Shown piece after piece: positions 25,527 through 35,324 of a stretch of 64,000 nucleotides of DNA; the first letter of the stretch is position 1; every line of letters begins with the position of its first letter. The translations under genes were made by a program, and so were the position numbers. Below the pieces are notes generated by a model. That model did not search any database. It was not told the origin of the DNA and worked only from the letters and a program-made list of their open reading frames with translations. The DNA is from Octopus sinensis (lineage: Eukaryota): the NCBI RefSeq assembly GCF_006345805.1, contig NC_042999.1:151590001-151654000 (forward strand), written 5' to 3'.

Positions 25527-28457
25527 TCACTCGCTCCCGCACCCGAAACTGGTTTCATAATCAGCCAGCCAGGGAGGAGGGTGCCGCTCTCTCTGTGGTC
25601 GCAGCGCGACCCTAGGACTTGTTTCTGGTGTGTTGCTGTCGACCTCGTCATCCTGTCGGTTGTTTTCGTCCTGCCCACTGTTGCTTGTCCCATCCTCTGG
25701 GGCATGGACAATCCTCCGTATGTCCAAAACGTGGCGTGGCATACCATCGATGGAGATGTTATTCTTCGAATTTACGGAGGTTATTGTCCCCTTTCCCCAT
25801 TGCGATGTACACCGTGCGTTTGGGGGTTTTACCCAGACTTCCTCCCCGACCCGCACGAAGGCGTGCTCTTCCTCTGCCCCGGGTTGCATTGATGTAGTAC
25901 ATGGATGCCTCCACTCGTACCTGAATATTGCTCTGTGTGGCACCGATTCCTCAGCCTGTCCGGATCGGGGAGACAAGTTGTACCAAAAAACTGCTTCAAG
26001 CGGCGAAATGTGCCCTCTTTCCGCTCTGGCCTTGACTGTCCGATGGTGCCTCGCCACGATCCCGTTACCGCCCGGCCTATACGCTGCTCTGAACAAGCGT
26101 CGCACGTTCCACCGATCAAGCATAACCCTCAATGCTTCCGAACGAAATGCCGCCCCGTTGTCCATCAGTAGTTCTTCCACGGGACCTCTCTCCAAAAATA
26201 TCCCGTTCAGGATCTGCACGATCTCGTCAGCAATGCCCGATCTCAACTCCCTCCAAATGGCCAGCCGGCCCGGCCCACAGTCGACCATGGAGAGGTACAT
26301 TCGCTGACGGTAGTGTGTCACATCCACAGCTAGCCTTTTCCAGTTCTGCTCCACGGAAAGGCTTCCCTGTTCATGCCCACACGGAGCAGGGTCGATGGAC
26401 TGACACCTGTCGCAGCTCCCGACCACCTTCCGGACGCTTCTCCTGGTCACGTCAGCATCAATCTTTTTTGCCAGATACAGGGTCCTGTCCACACCCAGGT
26501 GATGCATAGCGTGCAGTTTCTTCAGCTCAGAGTCATCCAACCGACACGCCGCAGCTATCCCTCTCCGCGCCTCCTCCGGTTCTTCCAACCACGCCCTTTT
26601 CACCCTGGTCAGTACGTCCGCCTTGTTTTTCTCCGAAGGCACGAAGACCACGTTCAGCTTCAGTCCGAATTCGGCGATCAATTCACCTAGAACTCCTAGA
26701 CGGCGCTTCACTAACATCTCCGCAGCACCTTTCGTCCGCACTCTCCTGTCACCGGTGATCACTGATCCTACCCAGCCAAGCACAGTGGCCGAATCCGTCC
26801 GCATTTCAATCGTGCGCAGCCCCCATTTCAAGGCCAAGTTCACCCCTTTCAGCAGCGCGTCTAATTCGGCGACATTGATGTGGTTGAAATCGTCTGCTTT
26901 CCGAAGCCAGGCGGCGTCCTCCACCGCAGTGCCTTCGATTGCCAACACCACCCCTATCGCTATACTGCTAGCATCACACCAGACGGTCCCGCATTTCGTC
27001 TTGGGCACGTACCAGTTCCCCCTGACCGGGTCTTCCGCTCTTGTCCTCTCTAGGATCTCCTGCATCATCGCCACCGTCCCTTCTCCCACCTTGTCGCCCC
27101 ACCTCTCTCCTTCTGCTCGTCTCTTGGTGTAACTACACGCCGTGCGCAGCCATCCAGCGATCGGGTAGTGACCGACCAACTTCCCACACACCGAGAACAG
27201 CTCTCTCCTGCTGACGCTGGAACTCAGCTCTGGGATTTCATTTCCTCTCCGGAACACCAATTCACCTGATCTATCTCTTCGCAGCTTCAGCCCCAGCGCG
27301 GCTCCCCCTTCAATCGACTCCGGTGGCTTAGCAATCAGTCCGAACTTCTCCAGATGTCTCACTACCTCGTCGGCTGGCACTACAGTTTCGTCCACCAAAA
27401 TGTCGTCAATGTAGGAGCTGGTGGCCTTTCTAATCTTGCCGTCTTTCCCTAGGACGGACCTAAGCACTGCCGCCATGATCTTCGGAGCAGAATTCAGTCC
27501 GAAACCCAGCCTGGTTAGACAGTACGTCCGGCCCTTGTACCGCACCAGCTGATATCGCCATAGTTTGTCGCTCACATGGAGCTGCAAGTATGCCGATCTC
27601 AAGTCGACAATCGTCGCTGCCTCAGTCGACTGTCTCCACTTGCGTAATGCCTCACCACAAACGTCTGTCGCCTCACCTCCCGTGTGACACGATATGTGCT
27701 GGTTTAGCTCCCTGAAGTCCAGCACCGGTCTGACTTTTCCCTTCGTAGGCTGCACCACCGCCATCAGGGGTTGCACTCCGCCCGCTACCTCCTCCTTCCA
27801 AGGGACAAGGACCCCTTCCTCGATCCACCTCTCCACCTCGTCTTCAAACTCAACCCTGGCGTGGCCTTTCAGAGTATGCTGGTAACAGCTCACCCTGTTC
27901 TCCAGTGTCGGGGGCTCGTCCTTCCATTTCCACTCTATCGTACACCGCTGACCATCGAACGCCGCCTGAAAGTCTTTGTCCTCGATGGTGTAAGCGGCGC
28001 AGTCCCTCGCGGGGCTCTGCTCCCTCTGGTGATCCTGACTCGCAGTGCACGATGCCCCCACGCTTCCGAACGTAACCTTATTTTCCACAACGCTGACGCC
28101 ACCGAGACAGTTGATGGCGTCCATCCCCATCACCACATCAACTCCATTTATCAGGCGTTCGGCCACAATTGCCTGTAGCCTTAGCGTCGCGCCGCGCACC
28201 ACTATCTCTACCGTGCTGCCGCCTCTGCAACGGTTTTCGCTGCCGTCGACCGCCCGGACACTACACACCCCGTTCCATTCCTTCGTCACCCTCGAAGTCA
28301 CCAGGGTGGTCGTACAGCCCGTATCCACGAAGGCCTTGAACGTCTCCCCCTCGGCCTCCACGTCAATCACTGGCAGTGTCTCCAATAGCGCCTCTACTCG
28401 TTTGAGGGGAAAGTTCGAGAGGCAGCAACTTCCCCGCGGTCGTTTCCCTGGCCGCAA
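25527..28457 (-). CDS. pol: Pol polyprotein: aspartic protease, reverse transcriptase, RNase H, integrase; probably expressed as Gag-Pol by -1 frameshift
   Basis: 976-codon open frame with VDTG (protease); LDFRELN, DLRSAY, GFGLNSAP, YIDDILV (RT); CDAS, HINVAELDA, TDS, NKADVLTR (RNase H); H-H-CxxC and VDVTH/MDNG (integrase). Confidence 0.96.
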   Translation of the reverse strand: MRPGKRPRGSCCLSNFPLKRVEALLETLPVIDVEAEGETFKAFVDTGCTTTLVTSRVTKEWNGVCSVRAVDGSENRCRGGSTVEIVVRGATLRLQAIVAERLINGVDVVMGMDAINCLGGVSVVENKVTFGSVGASCTASQDHQREQSPARDCAAYTIEDKDFQAAFDGQRCTIEWKWKDEPPTLENRVSCYQHTLKGHARVEFEDEVERWIEEGVLVPWKEEVAGGVQPLMAVVQPTKGKVRPVLDFRELNQHISCHTGGEATDVCGEALRKWRQSTEAATIVDLRSAYLQLHVSDKLWRYQLVRYKGRTYCLTRLGFGLNSAPKIMAAVLRSVLGKDGKIRKATSSYIDDILVDETVVPADEVVRHLEKFGLIAKPPESIEGGAALGLKLRRDRSGELVFRRGNEIPELSSSVSRRELFSVCGKLVGHYPIAGWLRTACSYTKRRAEGERWGDKVGEGTVAMMQEILERTRAEDPVRGNWYVPKTKCGTVWCDASSIAIGVVLAIEGTAVEDAAWLRKADDFNHINVAELDALLKGVNLALKWGLRTIEMRTDSATVLGWVGSVITGDRRVRTKGAAEMLVKRRLGVLGELIAEFGLKLNVVFVPSEKNKADVLTRVKRAWLEEPEEARRGIAAACRLDDSELKKLHAMHHLGVDRTLYLAKKIDADVTRRSVRKVVGSCDRCQSIDPAPCGHEQGSLSVEQNWKRLAVDVTHYRQRMYLSMVDCGPGRLAIWRELRSGIADEIVQILNGIFLERGPVEELLMDNGAAFRSEALRVMLDRWNVRRLFRAAYRPGGNGIVARHHRTVKARAERGHISPLEAVFWYNLSPRSGQAEESVPHRAIFRYEWRHPCTTSMQPGAEEEHAFVRVGEEVWVKPPNARCTSQWGKGTITSVNSKNNISIDGMPRHVLDIRRIVHAPEDGTSNSGQDENNRQDDEVDSNTPETSPRVALRPQRERHPPPWLADYETSFGCGSE
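28390..28448 (-). promoter_or_regulatory. -1 ribosomal frameshift signal (G GGA AAC plus predicted H-type pseudoknot)
   Basis: Slippery heptamer in the gag frame, 6-nt spacer, stem 1 GGGGAAGTT/AACTTTCCCC, stem 2 GCCTCT/AGAGGC; pol is in the -1 frame. Confidence 0.8.
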
Positions 28458-28981
28458 TCACGGGCAATGTGCCCTGTCTGCCTGCATCGATAGCAAACGG
28501 GCCCCGGCTGCGTACAGTCCCGCGCCATGTGCGGTCCCTGGCATTTAAAACATCGTCCTGAGAACGGCCGCTCTCGTTGCACGGTGGGCTTCCGTACCTC
28601 TTTCTCGGGACGTCGTCCGTCTTTACGCGCCTCCGTCACCGCCATCGCTATCCCCTTCCGCCCCGAGTGTCTCGTCAACCCGCGAGCATGAGTTACAAGC
28701 TCGCTCAATGGCATCTTTTTGACCCCGGGCAGTCGTTGTAGGTGAATCCCTACATCATCGGGGAACCCATTTACGAATGCCAGTCGGGCTGCTCTCTCCA
28801 GTCCTTCTCCGGCAAACCCGGCCAGAGTCGCTAGCCTTCTAGCTTCCGATGCAAAATCATCCACCTGGCCTCCCGTCCACCTGATTGTACTCAGCCTGAT
28901 TTTCTGAATCCAGGCCACTACATCGCCTTCGCCGTTAAAAGGTCTGACGACGTCACTGGCGATCCTAATTTTTGCCGACAT
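28394..28981 (-). CDS. gag: Gag (195 aa) with two zinc knuckles
   Basis: ATG 45 nt downstream of the 5' LTR; CFKCQGPHMARDC and CYRCRQTGHIARDC CCHC motifs. Confidence 0.9.
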   Translation of the reverse strand: MSAKIRIASDVVRPFNGEGDVVAWIQKIRLSTIRWTGGQVDDFASEARRLATLAGFAGEGLERAARLAFVNGFPDDVGIHLQRLPGVKKMPLSELVTHARGLTRHSGRKGIAMAVTEARKDGRRPEKEVRKPTVQRERPFSGRCFKCQGPHMARDCTQPGPVCYRCRQTGHIARDCGQGNDRGEVAASRTFPSNE

Positions 28982-29014
28982 CGTGTTGAAAAAAAATGTG
29001 AACGCTGACTAATT

Positions 29015-29026
29015 GCCGAAATAGCT
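29015..29026 (-). promoter_or_regulatory. Putative non-canonical primer-binding site complementary to nt 1-12 of tRNA-Phe(GAA)
   Basis: Minus strand reads AGCTATTTCGGC immediately after the 5' LTR; its complement GCCGAAATAGCT is the 5' end of human/Drosophila tRNA-Phe as I recall it. Confidence 0.75.
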
Positions 29027-29301
29027 TGTGGTTGATGAAAGGAGCACAACGGAACAAGGAAATAGGAAAACAGAAGTGCAATAAGGTCTTACCTGACAGG
29101 GGATGAAGTCGGATGGCCTTCAGCCAACTTGCTCGCGTGTTGTCGTCTCGGTGCCTTGCTGGGGTCTGTCTCAGCCGGTCGATGCCGCACGTGCGTTGGG
29201 TCTGTCCCTTCCGCTTCCGCCGGCGCATGCGACCTGCAAGACCTGTAAGCATCACTTCCGCTCCCGCCCGTCCCGTCACACTCCTTCATCACCACACCAC
29301 A
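29027..29301 (-). repeat. 5' LTR (275 bp)
   Basis: Identical to 25216-25490 except one base (A29232 vs C25421); TGTGG...CCACA termini. Confidence 0.96.
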
Positions 29302-29797
29302 AAAACACATCCGACTCCTGGGTGCTGTGAAAACAAAAAGACAAAACGAATTGAGCCAGGCTTAAATCAAAAGTTATGTCTCGCAGCATCAAACGGCCTC
29401 TGGAATGTTGTAAGTTTACAAGAATTTTCCGGAAAATATGTGTTGGAATTAGGGGTTGGTATTCGTGTAGGATTGGAATGTATGCAAGGGTATTATATGT
29501 GTAGGTTGTTTATTGGAGTATGGTGAGTGTACTTGGCAGTTGTCTGAACGCTTGAAGCTATATTAGGACGCATATGTGTTTATGTATTCGTGTGTGCCTG
29601 TTTTGGTTAAGCTATTTGCTAAGTTCCCAAAGTCTGATGAGGAGAGAGCTGAAATTCCACACTCCTCAAGACCCTGGAACTCCCAAATCAGAGTCCCACA
29701 ACCGGATGCAGTTAAAAGTCATACACAAGACATACGCACCACACACACAACCACACAGCTGGTTGTTGATGAATTTTTGCACTTTGTAAGGTTAGTT

Positions 29798-30342
29798 GGA
29801 TCTTTTCGGTTTGACCGGCAGTTTTTTAAAATAATTTCCACATAACTAAACACTTTTAAACTTCGTATACTGGTAGAATGTGTTTATAAAACATCTCTTT
29901 CTCTTGGCTTTATTGAGAAAATTCTATAGTTTGTAAGATATCTGTTGTTGTTTTTTCTTCAATTTCTGCAATTTCAACCAATCAATTACGTCTACTGAGG
30001 TGAAAACATTCTGTGCCGTATGAATATGTCCCTCGTTTAAGAAACAGATTGGATTATTTACATTTCTGAAGAAAAAGATACCCCTCCCCCACCCCTAACC
30101 CTAACCCTAACCAACGCTAACTCTATCCCTAACCCTAAAACAGATTGAAATGCAATAGATCGATACTAGGGTTATAATTATGGGTGACAATTTCATTATG
30201 ACACCGCTAGAAAAAAACTGCCGTTCAACCCGAAAAGATCCAAAAGATGTTTTATAAACACATTCTACCAGTATACGAAGTTTAAAATTTTTTAGTTACC
30301 TAGAAATTATGTTAAAAACTGCCGTTCAAACCGAAAAGATCT
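29798..30342. mobile_element. TIR element (29798-30241) with internal (CCCTAA)n, abutted by an inverted partial copy (30242-30342)
   Basis: About 29-bp TIR GGATCTTTTCGGTTTGA(A/C)CGGCAGTTTTT; CCCTAA repeats at about 30092-30138. Confidence 0.75.
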
Positions 30343-31507
30343 AATAAAGATATTATTATTAATAAATAATAATAATATAAGTGGTTAGCAAGCATAAAAA
30401 CCCCAAAGGTAGATCTATAAATTTATAATTATAATTATAATTAGGGTACCAGATAGTACCAGCTTTGCTAGAAATAAGAGTCGAAAAAATCTCGAATAAG
30501 CTACAATATCACTGAAAATTTAACAGGCTGATGAAATCGAAGAGCGAGTAAACAGCCAACCTACCATTGCGAGGGCAAGATGTAAATGAATTTGCAGATA
30601 TACTCATTTCATATGATTTCGAACTCTTCGTCAGTGGCTCTCGCTGCTTGGGGTTAAACTAATACCTGCTTCGTCATGCTTGTTAAAATCGTTGAAAGTC
30701 TAGTGCCAAATTCAAACGACAGAAGTGTATAATTATACATAAATAAATATATTATTATTTGAGGCTCTAAAAAGATATGAATATATTTTGCTATGCACAT
30801 TACTCATAGAAAAGTAAAGGAGATTGTCCTGGCACGCTTAACAGCATGTTGACCACTCATCAGGGAAGAAGTAAATAGCTATTTAGATCAAACACAAACT
30901 AGCACCTAGTTGTAATGACTAGACTGTAATATATGTGTAATATAACTCGCTCTGAGATTTATCATTATATTATTATTAATAAACAATAATAATATAAGTG
31001 GCTAGCAAGCATAAAAACCAAAAAGGTAAATTTATAAATTTATAATTGTAATTAAGGGTACCAGATAGTACCAGATTTGCTAGAAATGAGAGTCGAAAAA
31101 TACTCAATAATAAACCACAGTACCACTGAAAATTCAATAAGCTGACAAAATCGAGAAGTGAGAGCTTGTTGAATTTTCAGTTATATTATGGTTTATTTGA
31201 GTATTTTTCGACTCTTATATTTAGCAACGCTGGTACTATCAGGTTTACTATTAATACCGATACAGTTCTATGTGTTTCTTGTGGTTTAATTTTAAAGTTA
31301 GTGTTTAACCCTACCCATATTTAGATTGAATACTGTTCTACATAGGGTAAATGTGTTTGGAAGGTTTTTTTTTGTTTGTATGTTTGTTCCCCGGCGGATT
31401 GAATGGTACTGCCAAGTGTTGAAACCATAATGATATCGGTGGGGCAGCTGATGATGGAGGTATGCTGGATTGTTGTTATAACACATCCCTTTGATATATA
31501 TATATAT

Positions 31508-31598
<91 letters not shown>

Positions 31599-32001
31599 CA
31601 TACATATATATCAAGTTGAGAAAATGCAGAATAAATATGTACAAACGTATACACATACATATATACACACGCACATACATACATACACACATGCATACAT
31701 ACATACATGCATGCATACATACTTGTGTATGTGTACACACACTGACCCACAAACATGAGCACAAACAATAAAAAGAACGCAGCTCGGATAACGGACAGTC
31801 AACGACTATTGAAAAAGGTTGAAAGACGCAATGAAGATTTCAGGAAAAACAAATAAATAAATGAGTGGAAACTTTACCGGTGAGTGTGTTAAATAATCAG
31901 TCACTAAAAGAGAATGGCCCTCCACAAACAGAACAAAATATGTATCAACACACGAGCTCACATAAAGAACCTTGGAAACCAAATCGCAAAACAATATATA
32001 T

Positions 32002-33327
32002 TGTTACGGTTGGCTAGGTGCATTTCTGGTGACCCACATAGGAATAATGGCACCATGATGTCTGGTGAAAATGTGACAGTCTTTTGTCTAATGGAGGACT
32101 AATGGGTTTTGGAATGACCTGTGACCTCGTGCGGCTGAGAAGAGGGTCAGTGAAGAAGTAAGAGAAAAGGGACAGATTAAGGGCTGAGAGCAAATAGAGA
32201 TAGGGTATAAGCAGTAGGGGACGGATGGAGAAGCTAAGAGACAGCAGGCGATATAGATAGAGTAAGGAATCAGATAGCAAATAGAAAGGCTAAGAGACAG
32301 CAGGCGATACAGATAGGGTATAAGGACCAGGGCAGTTAGAAAGGGTAAGGGCGATATAGACAGAGGGAGATGAGGGGAGTGGAAGAAGGACAGAGACGAA
32401 GTGAGGTCTGGCAGTTCGCAGTTGGTCGTCAAGAAGGGCAGTCGTTGAGTGGTCGTCGAAGAACACAGACGGATCTGGCAGTCGCTGGCCGGTCCTCGAT
32501 GAAGACAGACGGACTCTGGAGGTCAGAGCGAGTGGATGGAACCTTGGATTTAAGGAGCAAGCGTTGGAATTCCTGGGAGCGAGCTGGGATGCGAGGAGGC
32601 CTAGGAGCAAGCGATTGGAATATGCACAGAGGGGAATTAGCAGAGTATTCAGAGGATTTAGCAGTATTAAGAGATGAGTGCAGAATGGGACACTGGCGAT
32701 TCAGTTAGGAATTAAGGTATGTGATTGTGTATTGATAAAGAGACAGTGAAAAGAAATGAACAGTGAAGGGAACAGTCAAGGACTTGTCGATATGTCGATT
32801 GTGGTATTTATGTTCAGAATTGTGTTGATATGTGTAGAAAAAGATTATAAAGAACATTGTGAATTGAGTAAAGGACTTGTTGAATTGTAACGTGAATTGT
32901 TGTGATACGAACATTGTATAATGTATCGAAGTGTTCTGATTGGACTGTGACGTATCGTGAACATTATTTGATCTGGACTTGTTGTGTCGTTACTGAACAC
33001 TGTTATATTGTTACATGCTGTTGTATTATGCTTTGATCTGTTGTATGATGTATTGAGTAGTCACGTGCATGTCTTCCTTTAAATGTCTGCCTTAAATGTA
33101 TTTGATGTGTAGCAATTGTAATTGTCGTATAAACTGTTGTTTGAATATAAGCCAGTGTTGCCAGTTGTTGCCTTGCCTCTTTGGGTTGTATCTCGGGTTG
33201 TGCCTCTGTATCTCTGTGCTGTTGAGGTTGTGGCAGTATCTATCTGTATCTCCTCTCTCCGCCTCTTTGGGTTCCGTGGCGGAACTTGTGTGAGCCGTTC
33301 GGGACGGGCGACGACGGGTGATTCCGT

Positions 33328-33331
<4 letters not shown>
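32002..33331. mobile_element. Probable solo LTR (about 1.33 kb) inserted in a TA tract
   Basis: TGTTACGG...CCGTAACA terminal inverted repeats, ATAT on both sides, non-coding interior with short tandem repeats at about 32230-32330. Confidence 0.7.
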
Positions 33332-33407
<76 letters not shown>

Positions 33408-35068
33408 TCGTCCCTGTTGCGTTTACATTCGTTCCTTTTTCCAAGAAATCTAATGCTCACAGGTTAGTTTTTCCTTGGGGCTGGCCGCGTTAGAGCAAAT
33501 ATCAGAATTTATCAGCCGAAATTTGCTATGATGATCCGGTTTCTGACTGAAGATTAAAGGCTTCGAATGACCCGTCTGTTTTCTGTGTTCGTCCCTTTGT
33601 GTATTTCACGCTCTTGTTTCTTTATATATAATTTTTATTCCTATATATATATATATAACTTTTATTAAATGATGAAGAGGAACCTGTGTTTCAAAAACTT
33701 TTACGAACGCCAGACTGAATGCGTTTGGATATTTACTACATATCTCACTAATTATTTTTGCTTAATATAGGAAGTGGCTGTATCTAAATTTGAAGTTTCT
33801 GTATTGCTCCCCACCCCCTTTTCATGTATCTCAATTTCCCATCATGGAGTGGAACCTTCTTGCAAAGCACTAAACTAAATCCCTTAGATGTTAATGATTA
33901 ACTATAAAATTAAACATTTATAAACTGTGATTTTCCACAAGCACTCATTAATATACACTCATTAATATGCACTCATTGGTATGCTCACATACATACATGC
34001 TTCTACGTACATACATACCTATGTACAGAGTACCACACGCGTGCACACAAATATACATACATGCACACACACATAATTACACAAATAGATTAATACATGA
34101 ACACACACACACACACACACACTCACACACAGAGTCCGACCCATGCCAGTATGGAACATGGGTATTAATTGATGTTGATGATGACAGTGGTGGTGATGAT
34201 GATGATGATGATGATGATGATTATGATGATGATAATACTAGTGAATGAGTGTGTGTTTGTGTTCACCAATACATTGCTTTACGTTTCACCTGTGAACAAA
34301 ACCTCATTGTAATGAAACTTAATATTGCAACATTTTAACAGCCAAAAGTCATGAATTCAGTACTATATTCATTGCTTAGCCATCTCCAAAATTTTCTGCT
34401 TAAATATAAACAAGAAACCATTTCATTGCTTTGTAAGTTCACACAAAAGAAAACAGTCAGTCACACTTAGTTTGCTTTTGCAGACGTAGCATATTCTAGA
34501 GTGCATGTGTTACATGGTCTCAATTGCGTATCAATTTCATAATGTCTTTAGTACTTTTGCACCGTCGTGTTTACATAGGCGTCAGAAAATGTCACTGAAT
34601 ATCAGACTAAAAATTATGGAAAGAGTAGATGGAAGGGGAAAGAAAAGTGTTGCTACGGATTGAACTGTTATCTTTAAAATAAAACAAAATGTGTCGTAAT
34701 CATGGCTCTGTGGTTAGGAAGCTTGCTTCGCAGCAAAGCAGTTCAGGTTCAGTCCCACTGTAAAGCATTTCGAACAATTGTTTTCAACTAAAGTCTCGGT
34801 CCGACCATTGCCTTGTGAGCGGATTTCATAGATTGAAACTGTACCAGCCTGTCGAGTCAAAATGTAACCACATGTGAATCGTTGGCGATTTTCTTCCTCC
34901 GTCTTCCCTTCTTTTGGACTTTAATCTGTTTCCGAAGAAGAACATCTGCTCGAAACGTTAAACCATCTTTCTTTCCTTTCCTGAGTGACTGCTAATATAT
35001 TACATGTACCACGTCCTCGCGTTGTTTTTTTTTTGTTTTTGTTTTTGTGTTTGTTCTTTTTGGGATTT

Positions 35069-35144
<76 letters not shown>

Positions 35145-35226
35145 GGTCCCGGGTTGAGTCGGGGTTAACCACAGTAAATAAGGTACTCAATACATAGCAG
35201 AGTAAATTAATTTATTTTATAGAAGG

Positions 35227-35277
35227 AGCTTCTACAGGACTAGAACTGTTTCATTCTAAAGAAATCATCAGGAAGCT
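35227..35277 (-). ncRNA. Mirror-image hammerhead ribozyme motif
   Basis: Reverse complement of 35274-35324, differing by one base in loop II. Confidence 0.7.
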
Positions 35278-35324
35278 TCCTGATGATTTCTTTTGAATGA
35301 AACAGTTCTAGTCCTGTAGAAGCT
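35274..35324 (+). ncRNA. Type I hammerhead ribozyme motif (Penelope-like element remnant)
   Basis: AGCTTC-CTGATGA-TTTC TTTT GAAT-GAA-ACAG TTCTAGTC CTGT-A-GAAGCT; stems I and III pair, stem II weak; GUA cleavage after 35318. Confidence 0.7.

Larger units (their letters stand above)
25216..29301 (-). mobile_element. Full-length LTR retrotransposon, Gypsy-type domain order (gag, PR-RT-RH-IN), 4086 bp, recent insertion
   Basis: Direct repeats 25216-25490 and 29027-29301, both TG...CA; 5-bp TSD AAAAC at 25211-25215 and 29302-29306; gag and pol ORFs between them; markedly GC-richer than the flanks. Confidence 0.97.

Noticed and set aside
25581-28548. Several plus-strand ORFs of 100-225 aa opposite pol
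   Set aside because: Antisense shadows of a GC-rich coding strand; no recognisable motifs
29027-29301. Tf1/sushi-type self-priming of the LTR element
   Set aside because: No sequence in the LTR is complementary to the post-LTR 12-mer on the element strand
30092-30138. Telomere or chromosome-fusion scar
   Set aside because: Only a few degenerate CCCTAA units, enclosed by transposon-like TIRs
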